Made by a program: the position numbers and the translations under genes. This document shows, in pieces, positions 22,289 through 36,377 of a stretch of 64,000 bases of DNA; the first letter of the stretch is position 1; every line of letters starts with the position of its first letter. The notes under the pieces were generated by a model. It was given only the letters and a program-made list of their open reading frames with translations. It was not told the origin of the DNA and searched no databases. Origin of the DNA: the human T2T-CHM13v2.0 reference genome, Homo sapiens; assembly GCF_009914755.1 (NCBI RefSeq), contig NC_060947.1. One strand, given 5' to 3'.

Positions 22289-25200
22289 TTGTTGTTGTTC
22301 TTATAATTTAAGTTCTGGGATACATGTGGAGAAACTGCAGGTTTGTTACATAGGTGTACACACGGCATGGTGGTTTCCTGCACCCATCAACCTGTCATCT
22401 ACATTAGGTATTTCTCCTAATGCTGTCCCTCCTCTAGCTTCCACCCCCCCAAAGGCCCTGGTGTGTGATATTCCCCTCCTTGTATCCCCATTTTCTCATT
22501 GTTCAACTCCCGCTTATAAGTGACAACATGTGGTGTTTCGTTTTCTGCTCTTGTGTTAGTTTGCTGAGAATGATGGTTTCCAGCTTCATCCATGTCCCAA
22601 CAAAGGACATGAACTCATCCTTTTTTATGGCTACATAGTATTCCATGGTGTATATGTGCCACAGTTTCTTTATCCAGTCTATCATTGATGGGCATTTGGG
22701 TTGGTTCCAAGTCTTTGCTATTGTGAATAGTGCTGTAATAAACATATATGTGCATGTGTCTTTATAGTAGAATTATTTATAATCCTTTGGGTATACACCC
22801 AGTAATGGGTCAAATGGTATTTCTGGTCCAAGATCCTTGATGAATCGCCACACTTTCTTCCACAATGGTTGAGCTAATTTACACTCCCACCAACAGTGTG
22901 AAAGCATTCCTATTTCTCTACATCCTCTCCAGCATCTGTTGTTTCCTGACTTTTTGAAGATCACCATTCTAACGGGCATGTGATGGTATTTCATTGTGGA
23001 TTTGATTTGCATTTCTCTAATGACCAGTGATGATGAGCTTTTTTTCATATGTTTGTTAGCTGCATAAATGTCTTCTTTTGAGAAGTGTCTGTTAATATAT
23101 TTCACCCACTTTTTGATGGGATTTTTTTTTCTTGTAAATTTGTTTAAATTCCTTGTAGATTCTGGATATTAGCCCTTTGTCAGATGGACAGATTGCAAAA
23201 ATTTTCTCCCATTCTCTAGGTTACCTGTTCACTCTGATGATAGTTTCTCTTGTTGTGCTGAAGTCCTTTAAATTAGATCCCATTTGTCAATTTTGGCTTT
23301 TGTTGCCTTTGCTTTTGGTGTTTGAGTCATGAAATCTTTGCCCATGCCTATGTCCTCAATGGTAATGCCTAGGTTTTCTTCTAGGGTTTTTATGGTTTTA
23401 GGTTTTAGGTTTAAGTCGTTAACCCACCTTGAGTTAATTTTTGTATAAGGTGTAAGGAAGGAGTCCGGTTTCAGTTTTCTGCCTATGGCTAGCCAGTTTT
23501 CCCAACACCATTTATCGAATAAGGGATCCTTTCCTTATTGCTTTTTTTGGTCGAGTCTCTCAAAGATCAGATGGTTGTAAATGTGTGGCATTATTTCTGA
23601 GGCCTCTGTTCTGTTCCACTGGTCTAGATATCTGTTTTGGTACCAGTACCATGCTGTTTTGGTTACTGTGGCCTTACAGTGTAGTTTGAAGTCAGGTAGT
23701 GTGATGCCTCCAGCTTTTTCTTTTTGCTTAGGATTGTCTTGGCTATACAGGCTCTTTTTTTGGTTCCATATGAAATGTAAAGTAGTTTTTCTAATTTTCC
23801 ATTTGTTTGTGTCCTCTCTTATTTCCTTGATCAGTGGTTTGTAGTTCTTTTTTATTATTGGTGTATAGGAATGCTTGTGATTTTTGCCATTGATTTTGTT
23901 TTCAGAGACTTTACTGAAGTTGCTTATCAGCATAAGAAGATTTTGGGCTGAGACAATGGGGTTTTCTAAATATACAATCTCGTCATCTGCAAACAGAGAC
24001 ATACTTGACTTCCTCTCTTCCTATTTGAATATGCTTTATTTCTTTCTCTTGCCTGATTGCCCTTGCCAGAACTTCCAATACTATGTTGAATAGGAGTGGT
24101 GAGAGAGGGCGTCCTTGTCTTGTTCTGGTTTTCAAATGGAATGCTTCCAGCTTTTGACCATTCAGTATGATATTGGCTGTGGGTTTGTCATAAATAGCTC
24201 TTATTATTTTGAGGTATGTTCCATCAATGCCTAGTTTATTGAGAGTTTTTAACATGAAGAAGAGTTGAATTTTATTGAAAGCCTTTTCTACATCTATTGA
24301 GACAATCATGTGGTTTTTGTCATTGGTTCTGTTTATGTGATGGATTATGTTTATTGATTTGCATATGTTGAACCAGCTTTGCATCTCAGGGATGAAGCCC
24401 ACTTGATTATGGTGGATAAGCTTTTTGATGTGCTGCTGGATTCAGTTTGCCAGTATTTTATGGAGGATTTTTGCCTCGATGTTGACCAGGGATATTGGCC
24501 TGAAATTTTCTTTTTTTGTTGTATCTCTGCCAGGTTTTGGAATCAGGAGATGCTGGCTTCATAAAATGAGTTAGGGAGGAGTCCCTCTTTTTCCATTGTT
24601 TAGAATAGTTTCAGAAGGAATGGCACCAGCTCCTCTTTGTAATTCTGGCAGAATTTGGCTGTGAATCTGTCTGGTCCTGGGCTTTTTTTGGTTGGTAGGC
24701 TATTAATTACTGCCCCAACTTTCTTTTTTTTTTGTTTTTGTTTTTGTTTTTGTTTTTTGAGACAGAGTCTCGCTCTGTTGCCCAGGCTGGAGTGCAGTGG
24801 GACAATCTGGGCTCATTGCAAGCTCTGCCTCCTGGGTTCAAGCCTTTCTCCTGCCTCGGCCTCCTGAGTATCTGGGACTACACGTGCCCACCACCACTCC
24901 TGGCTAATTTTTTTTTGTATTTTTCGTAGAGACAGGGTTTCACTGTGTTAGCCAGGATGCTCTCAATCTCCTGAACTCATGATCTGCCTGCCTCAGCCTC
25001 CCAAAGTGGTGGGATTACAGGCATGAGCCACCATGCCCGGCCTGCCTCAACTTTCAAACTTGTTATTCGTCTGTGCATGGATTTGACTTCTTCCTGATTT
25101 AGTCTTGGGAGGGTGTATGTGTCCAGGAATTTATACAATTCTTCTAGATTTTCTAGTTTATTTGCATAGAGGTGTTTATAGTATTCTCTGATGGTAGTTT

Positions 25201-28200
25201 GTAGTCCTGTGGGATCACTGGTGATATCTCCGTTATCATTTCTTATTGTGTCTATTTGATTCTTCTGTCTTTTCATCTTTATTTGGTCTGGCTAGTGGTC
25301 TATTTTTAATTTTTTCAAAAAACCTGTTCCTGGATTTATTGATATTTTTGAAGGGTTTTTCATGTCTCTAGCTCCTTCATTTCTGCTCTGATCTTAGTTA
25401 TTTTTTGGCTTTTGCTAGCTTTTGAATTTGTCTGTTCTTGCTTCTCTAGTTCTTTTAATTTTGATGTTGGGTATTGATTTTAGATCTTTCCTGCTTTCTT
25501 CTGTGGGCATTAACGTTTTAAATTTCTCTCTAAACACTGCGTTAGCTGTTCTACAGATATTCTGGTATGTTGTGTCATTGTTCTCATTGGTTTCAAAGAA
25601 TTGATTTATTTCTCCCTGAATTTCATTATTTCCCCAGTAGTCATTCAGGAGCAGGTTGTTCAGTTTCCATGTATTTGTGCAGTTTTGAGTGAGTTTCTTA
25701 ATCCTGAGTTCTAATTTGATTACACTGTAGTCCAAGAGACTGTTTGTTATAATTTCTGTTCTTTTGCATTTGCTGAGGAGTGTTTTACTTCCAATTATGT
25801 GGTCAATTTTAGAACAAGTGTGATGTAGTGCTGAGAAGGATGTATATGCTGTTGATTTGGGGTGGAGAGTTCTGTAGATGTCTATTAGGTCTGCTTGGTC
25901 CAGAGCTGAGTTAAAGTCCTGAATATCCTTGTTAATTTTCTGTCTCATTGATCTGTCCAATATTGACAGTGAAGAGTTAAAGTCTTCCACTAGTATTGTG
26001 TGGGAGTCTAATTCTCTTTGTAGGTCTCTAAGAACTTCCTTTATGAATCTGGGTGCTCCCATATTGGGTGCATATATATATGATAATTAGCTCTTCTTTT
26101 TGCATTGATGCCTTTACCATTTTGTAATGCCCTTCTTTTTCTTTTGTGATCTTTGTTGGTTTATAGTCTGTTTTATAAGAGACTAGGATTGCAACCCCTG
26201 CTACTTTTTGATTTCCATATATCTCCATCCCTTTATTTTGATCCCATATGTGTCTTCACATGGGAGATCAGTCTCCTGTATACAGCACACTGATGGGTCT
26301 TGGCTCTTTATCCAATTTGCCACTCTGTGTCTTTTAATTGGGGCATTTAGCCCATTTACATTTAAGGTTAATATTGTTATGTGTGAATTTGAATCTGTCA
26401 TTATGATGCTAGCTGGTTATTTTGCCCATTAGTTGATGCAGTTTCTTCATGGTGTTGATGGTCTTTACAATTTGGTATATTTTTGCAGTGGCTGGTACCA
26501 GTTTTTCCTTTCCATATTTAGTGCTTCCTTCAAGAGCTCTTGTAAGGCAGGCCTGATGGTGACAAAATCTCTTATGCTTTGCTTGTCTGTAAAGGATTTT
26601 ATGTCTCCTTCACTTATGAAGCTGAGTTTGGCTGGATATGAAATTATGGGTTGAAAAATCTTTTCTTTCAGAATGTTGAATATTGGCCTCCACTCTCTTC
26701 TGGCTTGTAGGGTTTCTGCAGAGAGATACACTGTTAGTCTGATGGGCTTCCCTTTGTGGGTAATGTGATCTTTCTCACTGGCTGTGTTAACATTTTTTTC
26801 TCCATTTCAACCTTGGTGAATCTAACGATTATGTGTCTTGGGGTTGATCTTCCGAGGAGTATCTTCATGATGTTCTCTGTATTTCCTGAATTTGAATGTT
26901 GTCCTGTCTTGCTAGGTTGGGGAAATTCTGGATAAAAGAGTGTTTTCCAGCTTGGTTCCATTTTCCCCATCACTTCCACTTACATCAATCAAATGTAGGT
27001 TTGGTGTTTTCACATAGTCCCATATTTCATGGAGGCTTTGTTCATTCCTTTTCATTCTTCTTTCTCTAATCTTGTCTTCATGCTTTTTTTCATTAAGTTG
27101 ATCTTCAATCTCTGATATCTGTCTTTTGCTTGATCGATATGGTTATTGATACTTGTGCATGTCTCACGAAGTTCTCATCATGTGTTTTTCAGCTCCATCA
27201 GGTCATTTATGTTCTTCTCTAAACTGGTTATTCTAGTCAGCAATTTCTTTAACCTGTTTTCCAGGTTCTTAGCTTCCTTTCATTGCATGAGAACATGCTC
27301 CAATAGCTCGGAGGAGTTTGTTATTACCCACCTTCTGAAGCCTACTTCTGTCAATTCATCAAACTCATTCTCCGTCCAGTTTTGTTCCATTGCTGGCATG
27401 GAGTTCTGATCCTTTGGAGGAAAAGAGGCATTCTGCTTTTTGGAATTTTCAGCCTTTTTGTGTTGGTTTTTCCTCATCTTCATGGATTTATCTACCTTTG
27501 GTCTCTGATGTTGGTGACCTTCAAATGGGGTTTTTGTGTGGACTTTTTTTGTTTGTTTGTTTATGTTGATGCTATTTCTTTCTGTTTGTTAGTTTTCCTT
27601 CTAACAGTCAGGTCCCTCTGCTACAGGTCTGTTGGAGTTTGCTGGAGGTCCACTCCAGACCCTGTTTGCCTGGGTATCACCAGCAGAGGCTGCAAAACAG
27701 CAAACATTGTTGCCTGTTTCTTCCTCTGGAAGGTTCATCTCAGAGGGATACCTGCCACATGCCATCCAGAGCTCTCCTGTATGAGTTGTCTGTCAACTCC
27801 TGCTGGGAGGTGTCTCCCAGTCAGGAGGCACAGGAGTCAGGGACCCACTTGAAGAGGTAGTCTGTCCCTTAGCAGAACTTGAGCATTGTGCTAGGAGATT
27901 CGCTGCTCTTTAGAGCTGGCGGGCAGGAATATTTAAGTCTGCTGAAGCTGTACCCACAGCCACCCCTTTCCCCAGGTGCTCTGTCCCAGGGAGATGGGAG
28001 TTTTATCTCTAAGCCCCTGACTGGGTCTGCTGCCTTTCTTTCAGAGATGCCCTGTCCCTAGAGGAGGAATCTAAGAGGCAGTCTGTTTACAGCAGCTTTA
28101 CTGAGCTATGGTGGACTCCACCCAGTTCGAACTTCTGGCAGCTTTGTTTACACTGGGAGGGGAAAATCGTCTACTGAAACCCCAGTAATGGTGATGCCCT

Positions 28201-28821
28201 ACCCCCTACCAAGCTAGAGCATCCAGGTCGACTTCAGACTGCTGTGCTGGCAGCAAGAATTTCAAGATAGTGGATCTTAGCTTGCTGGGCTCCATGGGGT
28301 TAGGATCCTTTGAGCTAGATCACTTGGCTTTCTGGCTTCAGCCCCCTTTCCAAGGGAGTGAAGAGTTCTGTCTCACTGGCTTTCTTGGCACGTCTGGAGT
28401 ATGAAAAATAAACTCCTGCAGGTAGCTCGGTGTCTGCCCAAACAGCCACCCAGTTTTGTGCTTGAAACCCAGGGCCCTGGTTGTGTAGGCACTTGAGGGA
28501 ATCTCCTGGTCTGTGCATTGTGAAGACCATGGGAAAAGCACAGTATGTGAGTCAGAATGCACCATCCCTCATGCCACAGTCCCTCATGGCTTCCCTTGGC
28601 TAGTGAAGGGAGTTCCCTGACTCCTTGCACTTCCCGGGGGAGTCAATGCCCCACCCTGCTTTGACTTACCCTCCGTGGGCTGTACTCACTGTCTCACCAG
28701 TCCCAATGAAATGAGCTGGGTACCTCAGTTGGAAATGCAGAAATCACCCAGCTTTTGCCTTGATCTCACTGGGAGCTACAGACGGGAGCTGTTCCTATTC
28801 GGTCATCTTGCCAGCTACCCT
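22289..28821 (-). mobile_element. Full-length, inactivated L1 (L1PA7/PA8-like)
   Basis: 16-bp TSD ccacaat(a/g)gttctttt at 22273 and 28822; 5'UTR, ORF1, ORF2 fragments and 3'UTR. Confidence 0.92.
24724..25042 (-). mobile_element. Alu (AluY/Sc-like) with (TTTTTG)n tail inside L1 ORF2
   Basis: TSD tgcc(c/t)caactttc at 24711 and 25043. Confidence 0.93.
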
Positions 28822-29137
28822 CCACAATGGTTCTTTTGAGTCAGAGTAACACCTATTGCCAAGATCCTTCTGCAGCAATATTACTCAATGTATTTGTTCC
28901 CTTCGGATAATAATGCCTGCATAACTTCTGAGAGTGCTATTCCATTTTGGCCCTATAATTATACTTGTTTATAATACTAAGATCCATCCCAATAGCTATA
29001 TCACATTTGCTAGGACTACTGACTACTGTTTTTCCCATCCCTATATGATTCTGGTTTCTTCTCTTCCTCAGCAGTGCATATTGCTGAGAACACAGAAAGC
29101 CTAGTAACTGGGCCCACACAACAGTATATTTCTAAGT

Positions 29138-29300
29138 CAATGGTTCTCAAAATATGGTCCCTGGAGCAGCAACATTTGCATGTCCCAAGAATTTGACAGA
29201 AATAAAAATTCCTTCATCCCATCCCAATCCTGTTTAACTACATAGAAACTTTGGGCATCTGTCCCAGCAATCTGTGTTTTAATAAGTCCTCTTGATTATA
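29138..29300. mobile_element. MER5-type hAT-Charlie MITE
   Basis: tggttctcaaa..tggtccctggagcagcaacatt...cccagcaatctgtgttttaataag. Confidence 0.65.
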
Positions 29301-29684
29301 CGGATAGAAACTAGAGTCACCTTTAGGATATGGCACTATAGAATATGATGTTTACAGTAAGTTTCTGGTAGATTCCCTTTAGTTAAATAAGTTTCCTTTC
29401 ATTCCAGTTTTCTTTGTATGTTGGAGAGGGAGGGATGACTCAGGAATGGGTACTGCATTTTGTTGCGGAGAAGGTACATGCTTTAAATTTTTAATATAGT
29501 GAATTACATTAATAGATGTTAGCTGTATTATTCTTTGAATTCTTTACTGAAATCAAGTAAATATTTGGGGTGTTTGGATATTTAAAAATGTATTCATCAG
29601 TGAGATTGGCATATAATTCTTTTGCTGTGCACGCTTCTCATTTGATTTTGGTATCAGGACTATGTTTTTTTTTCTGTTTTCTCT

Positions 29685-32600
29685 TTCCCAACTTTTATTT
29701 TAAGTTCAGGGGGCATACGTGCAGGTTTGTTACATGGGTAAATTACATGTCCCTGGGGACTGGTGTACAAATAATTTCATCACCCAGGCAGTGAGCATAG
29801 CACCCCATAAGTAACTTTTTGATCCTCCCCTTTGCCCATCCTCTTCCCTAAAGTAGGCCCTAGTGTCTATTGTTCCCCTCTTTGTGTCCATGTGTACTCA
29901 GTGTTTAGCTCCCACTTATAAGTGAGAAGATGTGGTGTTTGGTTTTCTGCTTCTGCATTAATTCACTTAGGATAATGGTCTTCAGCCACATCCATTTTGC
30001 TGTGAAGGACATGATCTCATTTTTTCTTAATGGCCTGTAGTATTCCATGGTATATGTGCACCACATTTTCATTATCCAGTTCACCATTGATGAGTATCTA
30101 GGTTGATTTCATGTCTTTGCAATTATGAATAGAGCTGTGATAAATATATGAGTGCATGTGTCTTCTTGGTAGAATGATTTATGTTCCTTTGGGTATATAT
30201 CCAGTAAGGGGATTTCTGGATTGAATGGTAATTCCATTTTAAGTTCATTGAGAACAATTTACATTCCCACCAGCAGAATATAGGCATTCCCTTTTCTCTT
30301 CAACCTTGCTGACGTCTGATATTTTCTGAATTTTTAATAGCCATTCTGACCTATTTGAAATGGTATCACATTGTGGTTTTGATTTGCATTTCTCTAAAGA
30401 TTAGTGATGTTGAGCATTTTTTCAAATGCTTATTATGTGTATGTCTTCTTTTGAAAGTGTTTGTTCATGCTTTTCCCTGTTTTTTAATGGGGTTGTTTTT
30501 TGCTTGTTGATTTGTTTGACTTCCTTATAGATTCTGGATATTAGACCTTAGTTGGATGCATATTTTGTGAATATGTTCTCTCATTCTGTAAGTTGTTTTT
30601 TGCACTGTTGATTCTTTTTGTTGTTGTTTGCTATGTAGAACTTTTTATTTAATTAGATCCCACTTGTTAATTTTTGTTTTTATTGTGATTATTTTGGGAG
30701 ACTTTGTCATGAAATCTTTGCCAAGGTCTAAGTCTGGAATGGTATGTGCTAGGTTTTTCCTAGTTTTTTTTTTAAGTTTTAGGTCTCACATTTAAAGTTT
30801 TAACCCATCTTGAGATGATTTTTGTATATGATGACAGGAAGGGGTCCACTTTCAATCTTCTACATATGGCTGGCCAGTTATCCAGACATCATTTATTGAG
30901 TAGGGAGTTCTTTCCCATTGTTCATTTCTGTCAGCTTTGTCAAACATCAAATGGTTGTAGGTGTGGAGCTTTATTTCTGGGTTCTTTATTCTGTTACGTA
31001 GGTCTATGTGTCTGTTTCAATGCAAATACCATGCTGTCTTGGTTATTCAAACCTTGTAGTATACTTTGAAGTACGGTAGTGTGATGCCTCTTGCTTTGTT
31101 CTTTTCACTAAGAATTACTTGACTATTTGGTCTATTTTTTGTTCCATATGAATTTTAGAATAGTTTTTTCTAGTACTGTGAAAAATAATATTGGCAGTTT
31201 GATAGAAATGCATTGAATCTGTATATTTCTGTGGGTAGTAACACCAATTTAACAATATTTATTCTATCTGTGAATATGATGATTTTCCATTTTTTTGTGT
31301 CATCTCCGATTTCTTTCAGAAGTGTTTTGTAATTAATTCTTACGGTAAAGATAATTCACCTCTCTGGTTAGCTGTATTCCTAGGTACTTTATTGTGTTTT
31401 GGCTATTGAGAATGAAACTGTGTTCTTGATTTGGCTCTCAGGGTGGATGCTGCTGGCATATAGAAATGGTACTAATTTTCGTACATTGATTTTGTATCCT
31501 GAAACTTTGTTGAAGTTGTTTATCAGGTCTAGGAGCCTTTGGCCAGAGAATGTGGTGTTTCTTGAGGTATAGAATTTTATCTTCTGTGAAGAGAGATAAT
31601 TTGACTTCTTCTCTTACTATATGAATGCCCTTTATTTCTTTCTCTTGCTTGATTGCACTGGCTAGGACTTCCAGTATTATGTTGAATAGAAGTGGTGAGA
31701 TTGGGCATCCTTGACTTGTCATAATTCTAAACGGTAATGCTTCCAGCTTTTGCCCACTCATTACAATGTTGGCTGTGGGTTTGCCTATTTCAGAGACCTA
31801 TGAAGAGATTTAGATAATCACACAATAATGGAGGGAGACTTCAACACCCCAATGACAGTGTTAGAAAATTGAGGCAGAAAATTAACAAAGATATTCAGGC
31901 CCTAAACTCGACATTTCATCAAATAGACCTAACAGACATCTACAGAACACTTTACTCAACTAAAACAGAATATACATTATTCTCATCTGCACACAGTGCA
32001 TATTCTAAGATCAACCACATGCTTGGCCATGAAGCAATTCTCAAAAAATTAAAAAACAACAACAACAAAATAACAGCAACCACACTCTTTGACCACAGTG
32101 GAATAAAAATAGAAATCAATACCAAGAAATCCTTTCAAAACCGTACAATTAAACAGAAAATAAACAACCTGCTCCTGAATTACTTTTCAGTAAATAATAA
32201 AATTAAGGCTGAAATAAAAAATTATTTGAAAATAATGAAAACAAAGATAAAATATACCAGACTCTAAAAGACACAGCTAAAGCAAGGTGAAGAGGAATGT
32301 TCATAGCAAAAAATATCTACATCAAAAAGTTAGAAATATCTCAAATTAACAACCTAAGAACACACCTAGAAGAAATAGGTCTATTTCAATTTTTTATTTC
32401 TATTTTATTTATTTATTTATTCCTTTTAATTTATATTTTTAAATATTTTTTCAATAGAATAGGTGTCTTATTATTTTGAGGTATGTTCATTCAGTGCCAA
32501 GTTTGTTGAGGAATTTTAACATAAAGCAATGTTGAATTTTATCAGAAGCCTTTTCTGTATCTAATAATGGTCTTTTTTTTTGTTTTTAGTTCTGTTTATA

Positions 32601-34716
32601 GGGTGAATTATATCTATTGATTTGCATATGTTGAACCAACATTTCATCCCATGAGTAAAGCTTACTTGCTTATGGTGGAGTAGCTTTTTGATGTGCTACT
32701 GGATTTGATTTGCTAGTATTTTGTTGAAGAATTTTGTGTCTATGTTCACCGAGGATATTGGCCTGAAGTTGTTATATCTATGTGTCTCTGCCAGGGATTG
32801 GTATCAGAATGATGCTGGCCTTATATAATGAGTTATAAAGGAGTCCTTCATCATCAATTATTTGAAATAACTTCAGTAGGATTGGTACCAGCTGTTCTTT
32901 ATATGTCTGGTACAATGTGGTTATAAATTTTTCTGGTCCAGGGATTTTTCAGTATTTTTTTCTGGTCTGGCGATTTTTCAGGATTTTTTATTACTGATTG
33001 AATTTCAGAATTTTTTAGTCTATGCAGGACTTCAATTTCTTCCTGGTTCAATCTTGGGAGGTTGTATATTTTTAGGAATTTATCCATTTCTGCTAGGTTT
33101 TCTAGTTTATGTGCAGAAGAGTATTCATAATAGTCTCTGAAGGATTTTTGTAATTTCTTTGGGTTTGGTGGTCCTCTTTGTCATTTCTGGTTGTGCTCAT
33201 CTACATCTTTTCTTTTTTTAAATTAATATAAACTGTGATCTATTATTATTTACTCTTTCAAAACACCAACTTTTTGTTTTGTTGATTTTTTATATTAATT
33301 TATGCATCTCAATTTATTTCAGTTCAGTTCTGATTTTTTTTTTCTTCTGTTAGCTTTGCAGTTTGTTTTTTTTTATTTTTCTATTTCTTCTCAGTGTGAT
33401 CTTAGGTTGTTAATATGAGATCTTTCTAACTTTTTGATGTAGACATTTTGTGCTATGAACATTTCTCTTCACTTTGCTTTAGCTGTGTCTTAGATTCTGG
33501 TGTATTGTGTCTTCATTTTCGTAATTTTCAAATAATTTTTTATTTCAGCCTTAATTCTATTATTTACTGAAAAGTAAGTCAGGAGCATATGGTTTATTTT
33601 CTGTTTAATTGTATAGTTTTGAAAGACTTTCTTCATATTGATTTCTATTTTTATTCCACTGTGGTCAAAGAGTGTGGTTGCTATTATTTTTTTTTTAATT
33701 TTTTGAGAATTGCTTCATGGCCAAGCATGTGGTTGATCTTAGAATATGCACTGTGTGCAGATGAGAATAATGTATATTCTGTTTTAGTTGAGTAAAGTGT
33801 TCTGTAGATGTCTGTTAGGTCTATTTGATGAAATGTCAAGTTTAGGGCCTGAATATCTTTGTTAATTTTCTGCCTCAATTTTCTAACACTGTCATTGGGG
33901 TGTTGAAGTCTCCCTCCATTATTGTGTGATTATCTAAATCTCTTCATAGGTCTCTGAAAACTTGTTTTATGAATCAAAGTCCCTGAGTTTTGAGTGCATA
34001 TATATTTAGGATAGTTACATAATGGCATTACCATTATGTAATGCCCTTCTTTGTCTTTTTTGACCGTTGTTGGTTTAAAGTCAGTTTTGCCTGAAATAAA
34101 AATAGCAACCCTTGCTTTTTTTGTTTTCTGTTTGCTCAATAGATCATTCTCTATTCCTTTAATTTGAACCTATGTGTGTTACTGCATGTGAGATTAGTTT
34201 CTTAAGGACAACATACAGTTGGGTCTTGCTTCTTTATCCAACTTGCCACTCTGTGTCTTTCACATGGGGTGTTTAACCGATTTACTTTAAAGGTTAATAT
34301 TGATATGTGAATATTTGATCCTGTCATTGTTTTGTTAGGTGGCTGTTATGTGGACTTGGTTGTATAGTTGCTTTAAGGCAGGTCTGATGGTAAGGAAATC
34401 CCTTATTATTTGTTTGTCTAAAAAGAATTTTATTTCTCCTTTGCTTATGAAACTTGTTTTGGTTGGATATGAGATTCTTGGTTGAAATTTCTTTTCTTTA
34501 AAGTTGCTTAATATAAACCACCAATCTCTTCTGACTTGTAAGGTTTCTGTTAAATGTTTGCAGTTAGCCTGATAGGATTCACTTTGTACATGATTTTCTC
34601 TTTCTCTCTTGCTACCTTTCTTTTTTTCTCTACTTTTTCTTTTGTGTTTATCTTTCAGAATCCGAGTAGTATGCATCTTAAGGATAGCCATTGTAGTATC
34701 TCACAGGGGTTCTCCG
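29685..34716 (-). mobile_element. Older L1 (L1PA15/16-like), 3'UTR through mid-ORF1
   Basis: 3' end aacttttattttaagttcagggg...gtgcaggtttgttacatgggtaaatt; degenerate ORF2 and ORF1 fragments. Confidence 0.85.
31788..32378 (+). repeat. 591-bp inverted copy of 33381-33959 inserted into the same L1
   Basis: 31788 tttcagagacctatgaagagatttagataatc... is the reverse complement of sequence ending at 33959; mirrored ORFs 31869+ and 33878- ([13 protein letters not shown]...). Confidence 0.93.
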
Positions 34717-34724
34717 AATTTCTT

Positions 34725-35030
34725 TTTGTTATTTTTATTTTTTTTTTTTGAGACTGAGTTTTGCTCTTTTTGCCCAGGCTGGAGTGCAGTGATGCAATCT
34801 CGGCTCACCGCAACCTCTGCCTCTCAATTTCAAGTGATTCTCCTGCATCAGCCTCCTGAGTAGCTGGATTACGAGCATGCACCAACATGCCTGGCTAATT
34901 TTGTATTTTTAGAAGAGATGAGGTTTCTCCATGTTGGTCAGGCTGGTCTTGAACTCCTGACCTCAGATGATCTACCCGCCTCAGCCTCCCAAAGTGCTGG
35001 GATTACAGGCATGAGCCACTGTGCCCAGCA
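34725..35030 (-). mobile_element. AluS-type SINE (left breakpoint of an inversion)
   Basis: Full antisense Alu whose own flanks do not form a TSD. Confidence 0.93.
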
Positions 35031-35262
35031 ATAATTGATTTTAAGGGAAACTATAAGCGATCAAAAGTTACTCAAAAAGCAGAGAAACTGAAAAGACCAA
35101 TAATCATAGAAAAAATTTAAAAGGTGACCAACAATCTAACTTTTAAAAAAGGGACCAGTATCATGTAGTTTTTCTGTTGAATTTTACCAGATAATTCTCA
35201 TGTTATATAAACTCCTCCAAAGGTCATAGGGCAAAAGCTTTCCCAATGCATTTGAAGAGAAA
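35031..35262 (+). mobile_element. Old L1M ORF2 fragment (inverted segment)
   Basis: aaagaccaataatc...gttgaattttaccag; continues the minus-strand L1M to the right of 36387. Confidence 0.65.
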
Positions 35263-35264
35263 AT

Positions 35265-36252
35265 GCAGCAGCTGTGCTGGTGCTCATGCACTTGCAGACC
35301 TATGACCCCTTGCCAAAGTGATTTTGCCAGCAGCCCCTAGCAGAATGTTGTTGCTAACAGACTGGGGACACCCTGACCCCTTCAACGCAGCAGGTGTTTA
35401 ACTTCAAGGAACAGGAGAACAAAGCCACAGGCTTGGTTCCAGCACTCCACCCCCCACCCAACCCCCAGGGTTAGAGCATGCACCCCAGGAGTGCTAAGCT
35501 GAAAGTTCCACTGACAGCATCCAGAAATAAAGTCAATTGACTAAACCCATCTTACACCACAGCCAAACCCTCAAGGGCATCAACAAATAGAAAAGCAAAA
35601 AGCCCCATCCAAAGGACAGCAGCTTCAAAGTTTAAAGGAGCATCAGCCCATACAGATGAGAAAGACCCAGTGCAAGAACTCCGGCAACTCTAAAAGCCAG
35701 AGTGTCTTCTTTCTTCCAAATGACTCTGCTAGCTTCCCAACAGTGGTCCTCAACCAAACTGAAATGACTGAAATAACAGGCATAGAATTCAGAATCTGAA
35801 TGGGAAGGAAGCTCATTGAGATATATTGAGATATATGAGAAGGTTAAAACTGTCCAAGGAGCACAGTAAAATATTCCAAGGGTTGAAAGATGACATAGCT
35901 ATTTTAATAAAAAGCCAAACTGAACTTCTGGAAATGAAAAATTTACTATAGGAATCTCAAAATGCAATTGGAAGCATTAACAACAGATCAGACTAAGCTG
36001 AGGAAAGAATCTCAGAGTTCAAAGAATGATCTTTTGAGTCAACATAGGCAGACAAAATTTTTTCAAAAAATGTTTTAAAATACAAAACCTCTGATAAATA
36101 AAGGATTATGGAAACAGATCAAACTTATGACTCACTTGCATTCCTGAAAGACATTAAGAGAGAGCAAGCAAATTAGAAAATATACTGAAGGATATTGTTC
36201 ATGAAAATTTCCTCAACATGCTGGAAGGTTTGACATAAAAATTCAATAAATT
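35265..36252 (+). mobile_element. 5'UTR/ORF1 N-terminal part of the older L1 (inverted segment)
   Basis: aagaactccggcaactctaaaagccagagtgtc...gaaaattttcctcaac...aaattcaataaatt; ends exactly where the minus-strand ORF1 resumes at ~34720. Confidence 0.8.
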
Positions 36253-36377
36253 GGCCAGGTGCGGTGGCTCATGCCTCTAATCCCGGCACTTTGGGAGGCA
36301 GAGGTTGCAGTGAGCCAAGATCATGCCATTGCACTCCAGCCTGGGCAACAATAACTAAACTCTATCTCAAAAAAAAA
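36253..36377 (+). mobile_element. Internally deleted Alu (left-arm start fused to right-arm end)
   Basis: cactttgggagg|cagaggttgcagtgagcc, joined through the shared gggaggc; A tail present. Confidence 0.9.
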
